64,000 bases of DNA from Cyanobacteria bacterium J06626_4 (GTDB taxonomy: Bacteria; Cyanobacteriota; Cyanobacteriia; Phormidesmidales; Phormidesmidaceae), in the NCBI GenBank assembly GCA_038523235.1, contig JBCBJQ010000001.1, positions 96,001 through 160,000 of the forward strand. The letters run 5' to 3'. A program made the position numbers and the translations under genes. Positions 20,877-30,542 of the stretch are shown one piece after another (position 1 is the first letter of the stretch; each line of letters opens with the position of its first letter). The notes under the pieces are model-generated. The model searched no databases. It was not told the DNA's origin and was given only the letters and a program-made list of their open reading frames with translations.

Positions 20877-20890
20877 GTATCAATGATTAC
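20877..20890. promoter_or_regulatory. NtcA-type site upstream of the Anbu gene
   Basis: T-GTA-TCAATGAT-TAC (AGTAATCATTGATACA on the minus strand), 59 nt upstream of the GTG start. Confidence 0.5.
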
Positions 20891-21147
20891 TCAAGAGTCT
20901 AGCGGAATTGTGATTAGGGCAAACCTTCTGTTTCGCGATGTCAACTCAATGATTTGAGCCCATCGCCACTGTCCGCTGCTGTGCCCCGGTTGAATCGCCT
21001 GTCACCAGAAAATTTCTCGATGCAGCTCATCACGCCCGGAACATCGCACCGTCTCCTTGGGACGAGGAAGCTTTTAGCCGCCTTTGATGCGGCTAAAGCG
21101 GTGGCTCATAAACGAACGCCGCCAAGGCTCTCGCCGCAGAGATGTCG

Positions 21148-21513
21148 CTAGGCCGAATCGCCTTCCTCTTCGACGGCAGTGACAAAGCGGGCCAGTTCGT
21201 CGCTTTGATTGCCGTAAACGCCAGCGATTTGCTGTTCACAACAGTCGATCGCAAAGTCGTTCAGCTCATCGGGGGTGGTGCCAAACATGCGGCCAAACGT
21301 ATCAGGATGCACCCGGCAAAAGCCAGGCCGGGTGTCATAAATTTGGCAACGACGGATGGCCTGGTCGTAATTGATGCACCAGCCATCTTGGCCCACCAAG
21401 CTGAGATAGTGCGCTAGCTCTTGAGCGGTGAGATATTGATCCAGATCGGGGCGATCGCTCGGATCCAGATGACAGCAGGCACCACAGCCTTGAATACATT
21501 GCCAATTCGCCAT
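21148..21513 (-). CDS. YkgJ family Zn/Fe-chelating cysteine cluster protein
   Basis: WQCIQGCGACC...GWC...CQIYDTRPGFCR...CC pattern. Confidence 0.85.
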   Translation of the reverse strand: MANWQCIQGCGACCHLDPSDRPDLDQYLTAQELAHYLSLVGQDGWCINYDQAIRRCQIYDTRPGFCRVHPDTFGRMFGTTPDELNDFAIDCCEQQIAGVYGNQSDELARFVTAVEEEGDSA

Positions 21514-21634
21514 AGCGCTTGAGGATTGAGTTCCCTTAGAATTTTGTAACGTTAGTTAAACATGGGTTCCCAACTGCGGATAAAATAGCGCAGATAGCCT
21601 TTGTGCAAGGCCAACTTGTTGTCTGGGAGGATCC

Positions 21635-21766
21635 ATGGAGTTTATTTCTAATTTATTCGGTGGCATCAGTTTTGAGCTGATTGCTCAGCTTACGATGCTA
21701 GCCATGATTGTCATTGCCGGACCTGTGATTGTCTTTTTGCTGGCTGCACGAGGGGGCGATCTCTAA
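21635..21766 (+). CDS. psb30: Photosystem II reaction centre protein Psb30/Ycf12 (43 aa; absent from the ORF track)
   Basis: MEFISNLFGGISFELIAQLTMLAMIVIAGPVIVFLLAARGGDL*. GGAGG RBS immediately upstream and a TAAAAT -10 at 21581-21586. Confidence 0.93.
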   Translation: MEFISNLFGGISFELIAQLTMLAMIVIAGPVIVFLLAARGGDL

Positions 21767-21887
21767 AGGCCGTCATCATCGAAATGGCATTTGTCTTTCA
21801 GCGCCTCGTTTCCAGCCCCTTGCTATGGGCCTTGGTGCGGGCGCAGTCAGGCCTAACCGTAAAGGTTTTAGCCATTATGATTTAGTG

Positions 21888-22004
21888 ACGCGCCCTAAAA
21901 CTTCATCTCGATTGCGGGTGAAACCTCAGTCGCCTCGACGTTTCACTCAACATCATAAACAATCGGGCACCGATGCTGACTGTTAGTACCGGTGCCCGAT
22001 TTTT
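21888..22004 (+). ncRNA. Candidate small RNA (alternatively a structured psb30 3' region)
   Basis: TATGAT -10 at 21876-21881; hairpin GGGTGAAAC/GTTTCACTC (21916-21948); A/C-rich linker; terminator hairpin. Confidence 0.35.
21961..22004 (+). terminator. Intrinsic terminator
   Basis: AATCGGGCACCG...CGGTGCCCGATT followed by a T-run. Confidence 0.7.
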
Positions 22005-22160
22005 ATGGGCCGCGACGCTAGTGGCCATCGCAGAAGAGCCGGCAGGGAGGGCAAGGCCCAACAGACTGCAGAGGTTGGCATGATGCAGATCGCCCTTGCC
22101 GTAATTCTGAACGACTGGCTCAAAGTACGGCTAGCGCTATCTTCTAACATTCGTTGAACG

Positions 22161-22195
22161 GGCAGCGGCCAACGCAGGCAGCGGCCAACGCAGGC
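22161..22195. repeat. 16-bp tandem duplication
   Basis: GGCAGCGGCCAACGCA twice, then GGC. Confidence 0.8.
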
Positions 22196-22301
22196 TTGGA
22201 ACCAGCCCCATCCTAACCGAGCTGGTCGCTGGCTCTAGCCGGTGATGCCAGTGGCGCTCTCTAGATACCCCGGCTGCCAGCTGGCGTGGCAAGTTGGATA
22301 A

Positions 22302-22958
22302 CTAAGGATTCAAATTAATTGCCGCTGATTTGACCACCAGCTGAGCGGCGATCGCGATCGCGGCAGGGTAGATACGATGTTCTTGCTGCTGAATTCTGGC
22401 CTGCAGGCTAGCAGCCGTATCGTCGGCTAAAACAGGGACGGCCGCCTGTGCAATAATCGGGCCGCTATCAATCTCAAGTTCGACATAGTGAACGGTGCAG
22501 CCGGTGATTTTGACGCCCGCTGCCAGCGCCTGATCGGCAGCTCGCAGGCCCGGAAAGCTGGGCAACAAGCTCGGGTGAATATTCAAAATTCGTTGCGGAA
22601 AAGCTTGAATTAACACAGCAGTCACCCGCCGCATCCAGCCCGCCATAATCACCCAGTCAGCACCCGCAGCTCGGATCGTTTGCACAATGGCCTCATCCAG
22701 AGCTTCTCGACTGGCAAAGGTGCGGTGGTTGAGCAGCACGGCGGGCAACTGTCGCTGGGTGGCTCGCTCAGCCACTTTAGCCGAGGGATTGTTGTAAATC
22801 ACAACCTGAATGGTGGCGTTGAGGTCACCACTCTCAATAGCGGCCGCGATCGCCGCCAGGTTGCTGCCGTTGCCTGAGGCTAACACCGCTAACCGCAGTG
22901 GCTCTGCCAGTTGCGGCAACCGATCAGAAAGGTCAGGAGAAATCAACGTGCCGGTCAC
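22302..22958 (-). CDS. purN: Phosphoribosylglycinamide formyltransferase
   Basis: LASGNGSN, MAGWMR, LNIHPSLLPSFPG, GCTVH, DSGPII and EHRIYP. Confidence 0.95.
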   Translation of the reverse strand: MTGTLISPDLSDRLPQLAEPLRLAVLASGNGSNLAAIAAAIESGDLNATIQVVIYNNPSAKVAERATQRQLPAVLLNHRTFASREALDEAIVQTIRAAGADWVIMAGWMRRVTAVLIQAFPQRILNIHPSLLPSFPGLRAADQALAAGVKITGCTVHYVELEIDSGPIIAQAAVPVLADDTAASLQARIQQQEHRIYPAAIAIAAQLVVKSAAINLNP

Positions 22959-23079
22959 GGTTCACGCCCAAAAACAATCTGCATCAGCTTACCTTACCGA
23001 CCAAATCGGACGATTGCCGACGGCGGTTTATTCTCCCAAGCGGGCAAGATGAGGCCAACGGATGGAGCAGTAAATCCTG

Positions 23080-23736
23080 ATGACAGCACAAAAGTTTCTG
23101 CAGCGGGGGCTGATCGCGCTGATCAGCTTTGAGGTTGGCCTAGCGCTCACCTATATGGCCCTGATTTTCAAACGCGGCGAGGCAATTTTTCTGCTCGATT
23201 TCAACGGTCTGCGATCGCTGCCTTCTTTATTGCAGGCGGCTCATCTCTTTACCATTGGCGGACTTTGTGGACTTTTACTCGTGGCGCGGCAGCCCCGACG
23301 GCAGTCCTATTCATGGTTTTTGCCTGCAGCGGTGATGCTGCTCTGTTTTTTTGGCGGCATTGACGAGCTGACCAAGCTACACCTGGCCCTTAATCAAGTG
23401 AACTGGCAAGTGGTTTACCTCAGCCTGATGGCCGCGATTCTAATCTTCAGCTGGGGCGATTTCATTTGGCTCTGGCGTCACCACCGACCCACGCTGCTAT
23501 GGGTTTTGGCGGGCATCAGCTTATTTTTGCTGGGGAGCTTTGGGGGCGAGATGCTCAAAGACCCCATCACCAACGCTCTGAATACCCACAGTCCGCCGCG
23601 AATCGCTTTTCTGTTGAAGCATGTCCGAATTTTGGTCGAGGAATTTTCTGAGTTAATGGGCGAAACCCTAATTCTCTATGCATTTGCCAAGTTTACGTGG
23701 GGCGTATGGTCGCAACCTAAAACGGTGATGAGCTGA
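23080..23736 (+). CDS. Multi-pass membrane protein (hypothetical)
   Basis: About 6 hydrophobic segments; IDELTKLH and EEFSELMG motifs of a widespread membrane family. Confidence 0.75.
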   Translation: MTAQKFLQRGLIALISFEVGLALTYMALIFKRGEAIFLLDFNGLRSLPSLLQAAHLFTIGGLCGLLLVARQPRRQSYSWFLPAAVMLLCFFGGIDELTKLHLALNQVNWQVVYLSLMAAILIFSWGDFIWLWRHHRPTLLWVLAGISLFLLGSFGGEMLKDPITNALNTHSPPRIAFLLKHVRILVEEFSELMGETLILYAFAKFTWGVWSQPKTVMS

Positions 23737-23765
23737 TAGCGTGCAGCGTCAATACCAGGCTTGGA

Positions 23766-23805
23766 TTTAAGGTTCAGGTTTGAGGGTTTAGGGTTTAGGG
23801 TTCAG
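23766..23805. repeat. Degenerate heptamer tandem repeat (TTTAGGG; STRR-like)
   Basis: tttaagg ttcagg tttgaggg tttaggg tttaggg ttcag. Confidence 0.6.
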
Positions 23806-24080
23806 AAGGATGGTGCAAGGCGGGAAACCAGGAAGGCTTTTGCCTGCGAGGACTCGGCTCGGTCACGCCTGAGGCGATCGCGCGCCGCCCAATCCTGGCT
23901 CCGGGACGGGTCAAAAGGCAAACCCAAAAACTGGATAGTTGTTGGTAAGCTCGCGTAGACGCATCCACCATTACAACAATCTGCTCCCCTTCGTCACCGG
24001 TTGACTATCCCCCTGGTGCTAAACTCCAATCACCCCGGCGTTGGTCAGCAACCCCGGTGTTTTCCTATCATTCGCCAGTC

Positions 24081-24293
24081 ATGATTATTGATCCCCATTA
24101 TCCTCACATCGTGTTGGCATTCTCGTATCGAGAGACGACCATTGCGATCGAGCAAGCGGCGATCGATGACCTCACCATTTACACCGCCTGGGTGGACTAT
24201 GCCACCGGGTCAGCGGTGGCGGTGCCCAAAGCCTGGACCTGCGCCGATGCCATGCAGAGAGCGAAGCGGTGGGTCGATCGCAAGCTTTATTGA
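24081..24293 (+). CDS. Small conserved hypothetical protein
   Basis: MIIDPHYPHIVLAFSY...YTAWVDYATGSAVAVP..A..RAKRWVD looks like a real cyanobacterial small protein. Confidence 0.65.
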   Translation: MIIDPHYPHIVLAFSYRETTIAIEQAAIDDLTIYTAWVDYATGSAVAVPKAWTCADAMQRAKRWVDRKLY

Positions 24294-24388
24294 CTGTGGC
24301 TCTGAAACTAACCAGCGCGGAGTTAATAGTCGGGATCACTCCAAATTGCGCCTCCTCTTCAGATAACTGGCTGAGCAATCGTCAGAGC

Positions 24389-25774
24389 CTATTTGCCAAT
24401 ACAAAACCGACTAAAGATTTCATCTAGCATTGACTCCGTCAGCTCTTCGCCTGTGACCTCGCCCAGTGCCCGAATCGCCATGCGCAGGTCAATCGTCCAA
24501 AAATCCAGGGGTAGCTGATTAGAGATCGTGGTGCGCACCTGTTCCAACGCAGTACGAGCACGGGTGAGCGCGGCGGCTTGGCGCTGGTTGATCGTGACGG
24601 CCACATCGCTAGCCGTTAGCTGCTCCGCATGGATCGTTTTCAAAATCGTTTGCTCTAACTGGTCAATACCCTGACTCAACGCCGCTGCCGTCGAGACGAT
24701 GGGCACCGGTAGCTTAACCAACGACTCGGGCACTCGGTCAGCCACGAGATCCGTTTTGTTCACCACTAAAATCAGGGGACGATGGCTGATCAGGCCATAG
24801 AGTTGCTCATCCGCCACCGTCCAGCCTTGCTGCGCATCAATGGTTAGGAGCACCAAATCAGCCGACTGGGTCGCTGCTCGCGATCGCTCAATGCCGATCT
24901 GCTCTACCTGGTTATCAGCCTCGCGGATGCCCGCCGTATCTAACACTTGAATCGGAATCCCCCCCACCACCAGTTGCGACTCCACCACATCGCGGGTAGT
25001 GCCCGGTAGATCGGTTACGATAGCGCGATCGCTGCGGCTCCAGGCGTTTAACAAGCTCGATTTACCCACATTGGGTCGGCCCACAATCGCCACCTTGAGG
25101 CCAGAGCGCAGCAGCTCGCCCTGATAGGCCGTGTCTAAAATCGCGCTAACGGCCTGCAACACCTGGCTCAACTGCTCAGCCACAGCAGACTCATCTAAAG
25201 GCGGCAAATCATCGGCAAAATCGATCCGCGCTTCCACTTCCGCCAAAATATCCAAACAGGCCGCTCGCAGCTCGCGAATCGGCTGGGTAAGTTTGCCCCG
25301 CATACCCGCCAGCGCCGTTTGCGCCGCCTGAGGCGATTGTGCTCCCACCAGATCAGCAATGCTCTCAGCCTGGGTCAGATCGAGCCGCCCATTTAAAAAA
25401 GCGCGCAGGGTAAATTCTCCCGGTTCGGCCAGACGCGCCCCTTGAGCGACACACAGCTGCAGCACCTGCTGGACGGCCATAATGCCGCCGTGACAGTGAA
25501 ATTCCACCACATTTTCGCGGGTGTAGGAGCGGGGCGATCGCATCAGCAATAGCAACGCTTCGTCGACCATTTGCTGAGTCTGGGGATCATGCACATAGCC
25601 ATACAAAATGCGGTGACTTTCCCACGGTTGCTGCCCGGGCGCTTTAAACAGCGTGCGGGCGATCGCTTCCGCGTCGGCTCCCGATAGGCGCACGATGCCG
25701 ACGCTCCCCTGCTGGGGCACGATGGCGGTGGCAATGGCAGCGATCGTCTCACCTTGAATAATCGTTTGACCCAT
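24389..25774 (-). CDS. mnmE: tRNA modification GTPase MnmE
   Basis: [38 protein letters not shown] and C-terminal FCIGK. Confidence 0.96.
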   Translation of the reverse strand: MGQTIIQGETIAAIATAIVPQQGSVGIVRLSGADAEAIARTLFKAPGQQPWESHRILYGYVHDPQTQQMVDEALLLLMRSPRSYTRENVVEFHCHGGIMAVQQVLQLCVAQGARLAEPGEFTLRAFLNGRLDLTQAESIADLVGAQSPQAAQTALAGMRGKLTQPIRELRAACLDILAEVEARIDFADDLPPLDESAVAEQLSQVLQAVSAILDTAYQGELLRSGLKVAIVGRPNVGKSSLLNAWSRSDRAIVTDLPGTTRDVVESQLVVGGIPIQVLDTAGIREADNQVEQIGIERSRAATQSADLVLLTIDAQQGWTVADEQLYGLISHRPLILVVNKTDLVADRVPESLVKLPVPIVSTAAALSQGIDQLEQTILKTIHAEQLTASDVAVTINQRQAAALTRARTALEQVRTTISNQLPLDFWTIDLRMAIRALGEVTGEELTESMLDEIFSRFCIGK

Positions 25775-25986
25775 ACGACTCAAAAAGTGTGGATAAAAAA
25801 CCGATACGCCTCTTTGAGGAGGCAGGCGCGATCGCCGCGAAGCAATTTTATCGAGTGTAATTAGGCAATCACTATAGCCTTGTGATCCCGAGAACGATCT
25901 CAGCAACTCTACGGAGGATGCCCCATTTGCTCAGTCGGCATAAAGCCGCTGCACGATCCTCTAACCCATCTATCTGGCCAACCCTC

Positions 25987-28497
25987 TCAAGCTGCCGTTG
26001 GCGCTTCCCCCCGCAGGCGGGCCAGCCCCCCAAAGCCATAGAGCCAGACCACCACCGTCAGCCAATGTACAAACGTGACCGCAAACAGCGACCCCGTCAG
26101 GCCATACAGAGTTGTCAGCACCAGCCCGAGCCAAAGCACCATGAGCAAAAATCGGTGATCGCGCAAAGCCGCTGCCGCCTGGGGTCTGAGCTGACTAAAG
26201 ACGATATGGGCCAGCACATACAGGCCTAAACTGAGGGCCGCCCAAGCTAACCACGGGCCTGTCGCCACGCCTTCAGTCAAATGGGGCAGCAGACCCACAC
26301 GGAAAATCAGCTCCTCTAGCAGGGCGGGTATAAACAACAGCTTGACCAGATTGAACACAGCTCGCACGGGTCGTTCAACCGCCATGCGGGGTTTCTCCAA
26401 ATAGCCGCTTTTGCGACCGTAGACCGGGATTACGGCGACAATCAGCAGTAGGGCCAGCAAGCTGTAGCCCCACAGCGCCGTCGACCAAGGCACAGCAAAG
26501 CTGCGGGCCGCTCGCAATGCCACGCGCGAAACCACCGGAATCAAGCCAAACAGAGCCGTTGGGGGAATGGGGGCAATGGTGGGGTCAAAGCCGCCAATTT
26601 GATTGGGGCGCAGGAACCACAGATCCGCCCCATTTTTCAAAAAAATGTAGGCGATATCATCCTGTCCCCAGCGGGGCATCATGGTGCGCCAGCTAAAAAT
26701 GCCCGCCACCAAACCGCTGTCGGTCGCTAGTGGTTTGCCCCGCGCATTCACCCCCGCCAGTTCTTCGGCATTGCTTGCCCAATCGCGGCGAATCACGCCA
26801 TAGGGGCTCAGGGCTTGATGCAGATCCATCGCCAGCGTGGCGAACTGGTCAATTTTCTGCACTTCGGGGTCGTCGGGATGGTCTTGAATATAGGTCTGGA
26901 GCGTTGGCTCGGCGGCCGCCTGAGTGCGCACCTGCTCGATCGCGATAAACATTGCCTGGCTGGAATCTTGAACACAAGAGGTGGCCGGTGTCACCGTCGC
27001 GACGCCGGTGCCGTCGCCGATACGATAGCGGGCCGCAATCACCTGGGTCTGGATCAGCAACTGCTCAAAGAGAGATAGTCGAGTGGCACCCAGCTGCAAC
27101 GGTTCGGTGAAGTAATCAAGCTTCACCACAATGTCCGAAAAGGGGCGCTGGCCCAGCCAGCCGCGCTGCATATCGCCCGCGTAGGCACTCCAATCGTGGG
27201 TGCCCGAGATGATGCCCCCCGAGTTGTGGGCATAAATTTGCTGGTAGTTAATTTTGAACTGCAGCTCTTGGGCGATCGGTTCTGCCACCACTTGCGCCAG
27301 ACCGTAGGCAAAGTGGCCAGAGACGGTGCCCGCTGGGGTCAGTTCCTGATTATCGCCGCCGATGCCGCCAAACACATGGATGACGAGCGCGTTGTCACCG
27401 GCCTGCCAATTCGAAATCGCGGCGGCCTCAGTCTCTGCTGTCGGGCTGACCAAAACCCGCTGCACCTGGCCTTTGCGAGCGGGCGTATCTTGCCAATTAT
27501 CGCGATCCAGGTAATGGCGACCCGGCTTTTCGCCCAAGATGACCTGATCGGGCGTCAGCTGCATCAGCTGGCGCGGCTGCAATGACTGCACCGTAAAGAC
27601 GCCCGACTCATCCCGCGCGCCGTAGACGTACCAGCCCGCCCCGCCCGCCGGTGAATCCATCAGATCGTGAATGTTGGAAAAAAAGCGATCGCCCTTTAAC
27701 TGCGGCTGCTGAGGTATCCGAATCGTCTCGGTGGGGCCGGTGAAATCGGTCGCAATGGCGTCAAAATGCTGCACCTTGAAATATTCCGTTGGGCAAGGTG
27801 GCGCTCCGGGGCAGGCCATCGGCAGCACAGCGTCAACACGGGTATCCGGCGCTAAAAGCCTGACCAAGCCATACTCTCGGCCCGTAATCTGTACCGGCTC
27901 TAAGCCAATCTCGATCACCGACACCTCTCCTTGGGGACGCAACATGGGATTACCCACCAGCTTGACGGTGACATCATCTTGGGGCCGCGCCCCCGCTAAC
28001 GACTGCAACGGCCCCACCGCCTGACGTCCATTTAAGCGGGTTGGCACAATATTGCCTCCCGCCCCAAATTTTTCAGCCTTCTCGGTGAACTGGACGTCGC
28101 GAGTGACCTCTGCCACATATCGCTCAAGGGTGGGCGACTCGCGCCAGGTCACCTTCACAATTTGGCCCAGGAGACTGGTCTCAGGGGCATGCCAGACTTC
28201 CATCCAGGCCCAATCACCGGGATCAGCGGCATAATCGGCGGCACTCGGTAAGATCAGGCGACCCAGCCAATCACCGAGCGGGCGATAGCTAGGGGCAGAC
28301 GGCAGCGACGTCAGCGGATACGTCGTGACCTGATTAAACGGTGCCGCTTGGGCCAGGTCATAGTTGGAGACCGAAGTTTCGGCAGGGGCGGGCCGCATCG
28401 AGACGAGCTGGGTCGTCACTAAACCAAGGCAGAGCAACCCCACCCACATCAAATTTTTGAGCAGATGATGGCGATCGCTGCGAGTTATTGGGTTCAT
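25987..28497 (-). CDS. CPBP (CAAX/Abi) intramembrane protease with a large exported N-terminal domain
   Basis: Signal peptide; C-terminal TM bundle with EELIFR, YVLAH and VHW motifs. Confidence 0.8.
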   Translation of the reverse strand: MNPITRSDRHHLLKNLMWVGLLCLGLVTTQLVSMRPAPAETSVSNYDLAQAAPFNQVTTYPLTSLPSAPSYRPLGDWLGRLILPSAADYAADPGDWAWMEVWHAPETSLLGQIVKVTWRESPTLERYVAEVTRDVQFTEKAEKFGAGGNIVPTRLNGRQAVGPLQSLAGARPQDDVTVKLVGNPMLRPQGEVSVIEIGLEPVQITGREYGLVRLLAPDTRVDAVLPMACPGAPPCPTEYFKVQHFDAIATDFTGPTETIRIPQQPQLKGDRFFSNIHDLMDSPAGGAGWYVYGARDESGVFTVQSLQPRQLMQLTPDQVILGEKPGRHYLDRDNWQDTPARKGQVQRVLVSPTAETEAAAISNWQAGDNALVIHVFGGIGGDNQELTPAGTVSGHFAYGLAQVVAEPIAQELQFKINYQQIYAHNSGGIISGTHDWSAYAGDMQRGWLGQRPFSDIVVKLDYFTEPLQLGATRLSLFEQLLIQTQVIAARYRIGDGTGVATVTPATSCVQDSSQAMFIAIEQVRTQAAAEPTLQTYIQDHPDDPEVQKIDQFATLAMDLHQALSPYGVIRRDWASNAEELAGVNARGKPLATDSGLVAGIFSWRTMMPRWGQDDIAYIFLKNGADLWFLRPNQIGGFDPTIAPIPPTALFGLIPVVSRVALRAARSFAVPWSTALWGYSLLALLLIVAVIPVYGRKSGYLEKPRMAVERPVRAVFNLVKLLFIPALLEELIFRVGLLPHLTEGVATGPWLAWAALSLGLYVLAHIVFSQLRPQAAAALRDHRFLLMVLWLGLVLTTLYGLTGSLFAVTFVHWLTVVVWLYGFGGLARLRGEAPTAA

Positions 28498-28841
28498 CCG
28501 ATGTCAGCCCCGCTAAAGCTTAAAAACCAGACATGCTCAACTATCCATTGATGAATATCTGATACGACCACCATCCCACGCTGTATTCTATCGGCAACTC
28601 CCCTTAAGAGAAGCTGAGCCGGTTTGATGCCAGCGGTCTGAGACTACCGGGTAAAGGGGCTCAAGGTTCCCCTGAGATCGAGTTCAAAGGCATGCCTGAG
28701 CACCCGCCCGCTCTAACGGCAAGCCCCCATCACAATTCAGGTTGCCGGCTCCCCCCTCTCGCCCACCACCCAGCCAAGGACAATGGAACAGCCAGCACCA
28801 TCATGGCGACTGGTGAAAAGTTTGGAGAGCACGATAGCAAA

Positions 28842-29291
28842 ATGACAAACATTCAATACTCGCTGGCTCAAAGGCCGGATTTAAGCCTCTTGATGCAGCT
28901 TTCAGAAGAGTTTTATGAGTTAGATGGCCATCAATTTGAGCCCGACAAAGCTCAAAAAGCCCTGTTAGACCTCATCGAAAATGAAGGCTATGGCCGCATC
29001 TGGATGATTTTGCAGGACAGCACTGTGATCGGCTATGTCGCGCTCACGTTTGGCTACAGTTTGGAATACCAGGGACGCGATGCGATTTTAGATGAAATCT
29101 ATTTGCGGGCACCGTTTCGCAGCCAAGGCATTGGCACCCAGACCTTCGCCTTTGTGGAATCGAACTGCCGTCAGCTGGGGATCAACACCCTCCATTTAGA
29201 AGTGATGGACGACAACGAGGCGGCGCGATCGCTCTATGGGCGACTGGGCTATCAGGCTCGGGCCAGCCAGTTCATGCACAAACGGCTGTGA
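28842..29291 (+). CDS. GNAT family N-acetyltransferase
   Basis: LDEIYLRAPFRSQGIG acetyl-CoA motif; LHLEV..DNEAARSLYGRLGY. Confidence 0.88.
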   Translation: MTNIQYSLAQRPDLSLLMQLSEEFYELDGHQFEPDKAQKALLDLIENEGYGRIWMILQDSTVIGYVALTFGYSLEYQGRDAILDEIYLRAPFRSQGIGTQTFAFVESNCRQLGINTLHLEVMDDNEAARSLYGRLGYQARASQFMHKRL

Positions 29292-29356
29292 ACGCTGGCC
29301 TAGGTTTTGTTTGCCAAGCCAGCGCCAGCCGGCTGTTAGCCGTTAGAGCCGGCGTC

Positions 29357-30379
29357 CTAGGGCATCCATTCCAACAGAAAGATGACTCGACTCTCTTGGC
29401 GATCGCCCGCATTTTGGGTTTGAATGTCGGTGCCGATGCGAATATCCTCGGCAATGGCATAGCCCGCCGAAAAGGTACTCAATCCCACCTCTTGATCGGT
29501 GCCGGGGGCTACCCAACTTTGGCTAAAGCTCAGATCAGCCGCCCCGCCGCGCGAGGGCACTAGGATGATGCGGAAACCCAGATTCACCCCATCACTGTCA
29601 AAGGTCGAGGTTTCAATCGAGCGATAGCCCACCACCGGGGCGACATTGCCATACCACCCCAACGGCAACAAGTAATACTGCGCATCGGCCCCGATTAGCT
29701 GGCGATCGCCCCGCCTGTTGACGGCATATTCGGCACTCAGGGTGAGCGGCGTCTGCCCGATAAACACATCCTGCACGCCGACATACAGGCCGCCCGTATT
29801 ATCCGCCGAGGGAAATTCGGCATACCCCAGGCGCACGCGGGTGCGAAAGGCCGGGTCATGCTGAATGTCGATCGCGACATCCGGCACCGCTTCGAGCCAA
29901 CGCCGCAAAACAGGGCTGCTTTCGATAATCGCCGGATCGACGGCTACCGCTTGCTCACCTGAAGCGGGGAGATTTTCAGCCACCGCTAGAGGGGGGGGAC
30001 TCACTGCGGTCAGCATAGGCGTAGAGACAGCTGTCGGCACGGTGACAGTGGGGGCCGAGGCGGAGCGGGCACTGATATCAAAATCCGGTTCCGCAAAGGA
30101 AAATTCCTCAGAGAGCGGTTCTTCAAAGGGCAGTGCCGCAAACAGTGGTTCGGCCAAAAGTGGTTCAGCTACTGTCAAGGGGCGATCGCAGCTCGCCGAC
30201 AAATGCTTACCCTGAGGCGGCGGCTTGGAATGCAGCTGACAAGCATTGGGCTTGACGGGGACAACCGCTTGAGCAATCGCCGCTGGGGCCGAACTCAGCG
30301 CCCCGACAGTTAACAGAAGCGACGTCGCTAGCCACTGCCAACGACCCATTACTGGGGCCAGCGACCAAATAATCATCAT
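29357..30379 (-). CDS. Exported protein with a probable C-terminal outer-membrane beta-barrel
   Basis: Signal peptide, Pro/Ala-rich linker, alternating beta-strand pattern (DAQYYLLPLGWYGNVAPVVGYR), ending IFLLEWMP. Confidence 0.7.
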   Translation of the reverse strand: MMIIWSLAPVMGRWQWLATSLLLTVGALSSAPAAIAQAVVPVKPNACQLHSKPPPQGKHLSASCDRPLTVAEPLLAEPLFAALPFEEPLSEEFSFAEPDFDISARSASAPTVTVPTAVSTPMLTAVSPPPLAVAENLPASGEQAVAVDPAIIESSPVLRRWLEAVPDVAIDIQHDPAFRTRVRLGYAEFPSADNTGGLYVGVQDVFIGQTPLTLSAEYAVNRRGDRQLIGADAQYYLLPLGWYGNVAPVVGYRSIETSTFDSDGVNLGFRIILVPSRGGAADLSFSQSWVAPGTDQEVGLSTFSAGYAIAEDIRIGTDIQTQNAGDRQESRVIFLLEWMP

Positions 30380-30488
30380 GCTGAGCGCTTTAAAGTGATC
30401 AAGAAACGAGGCCAGTTACGACTCTAGGCTCAACAGTCAAGGTTGAGGGCGATGACACCATAGCGCGATCGCTGTGTTTTTTGTACAG

Positions 30489-30521
30489 CAAAAAGCCCCA
30501 GTTTGTGGCTGGGGCTTTTTG
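30489..30521. terminator. Bidirectional intrinsic terminator downstream of acsF
   Basis: CAAAAAGCCCCAG-7 nt-CTGGGGCTTTTTG. Confidence 0.85.
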
Positions 30522-30542
30522 ATTCAAACAGTTATAAAGAAT

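Noticed and set aside
23766..23805. TTTAGGG repeats as telomere-like or eukaryotic contamination
   Set aside because: Only two perfect units within otherwise cyanobacterial DNA; consistent with an STRR-type heptamer repeat.
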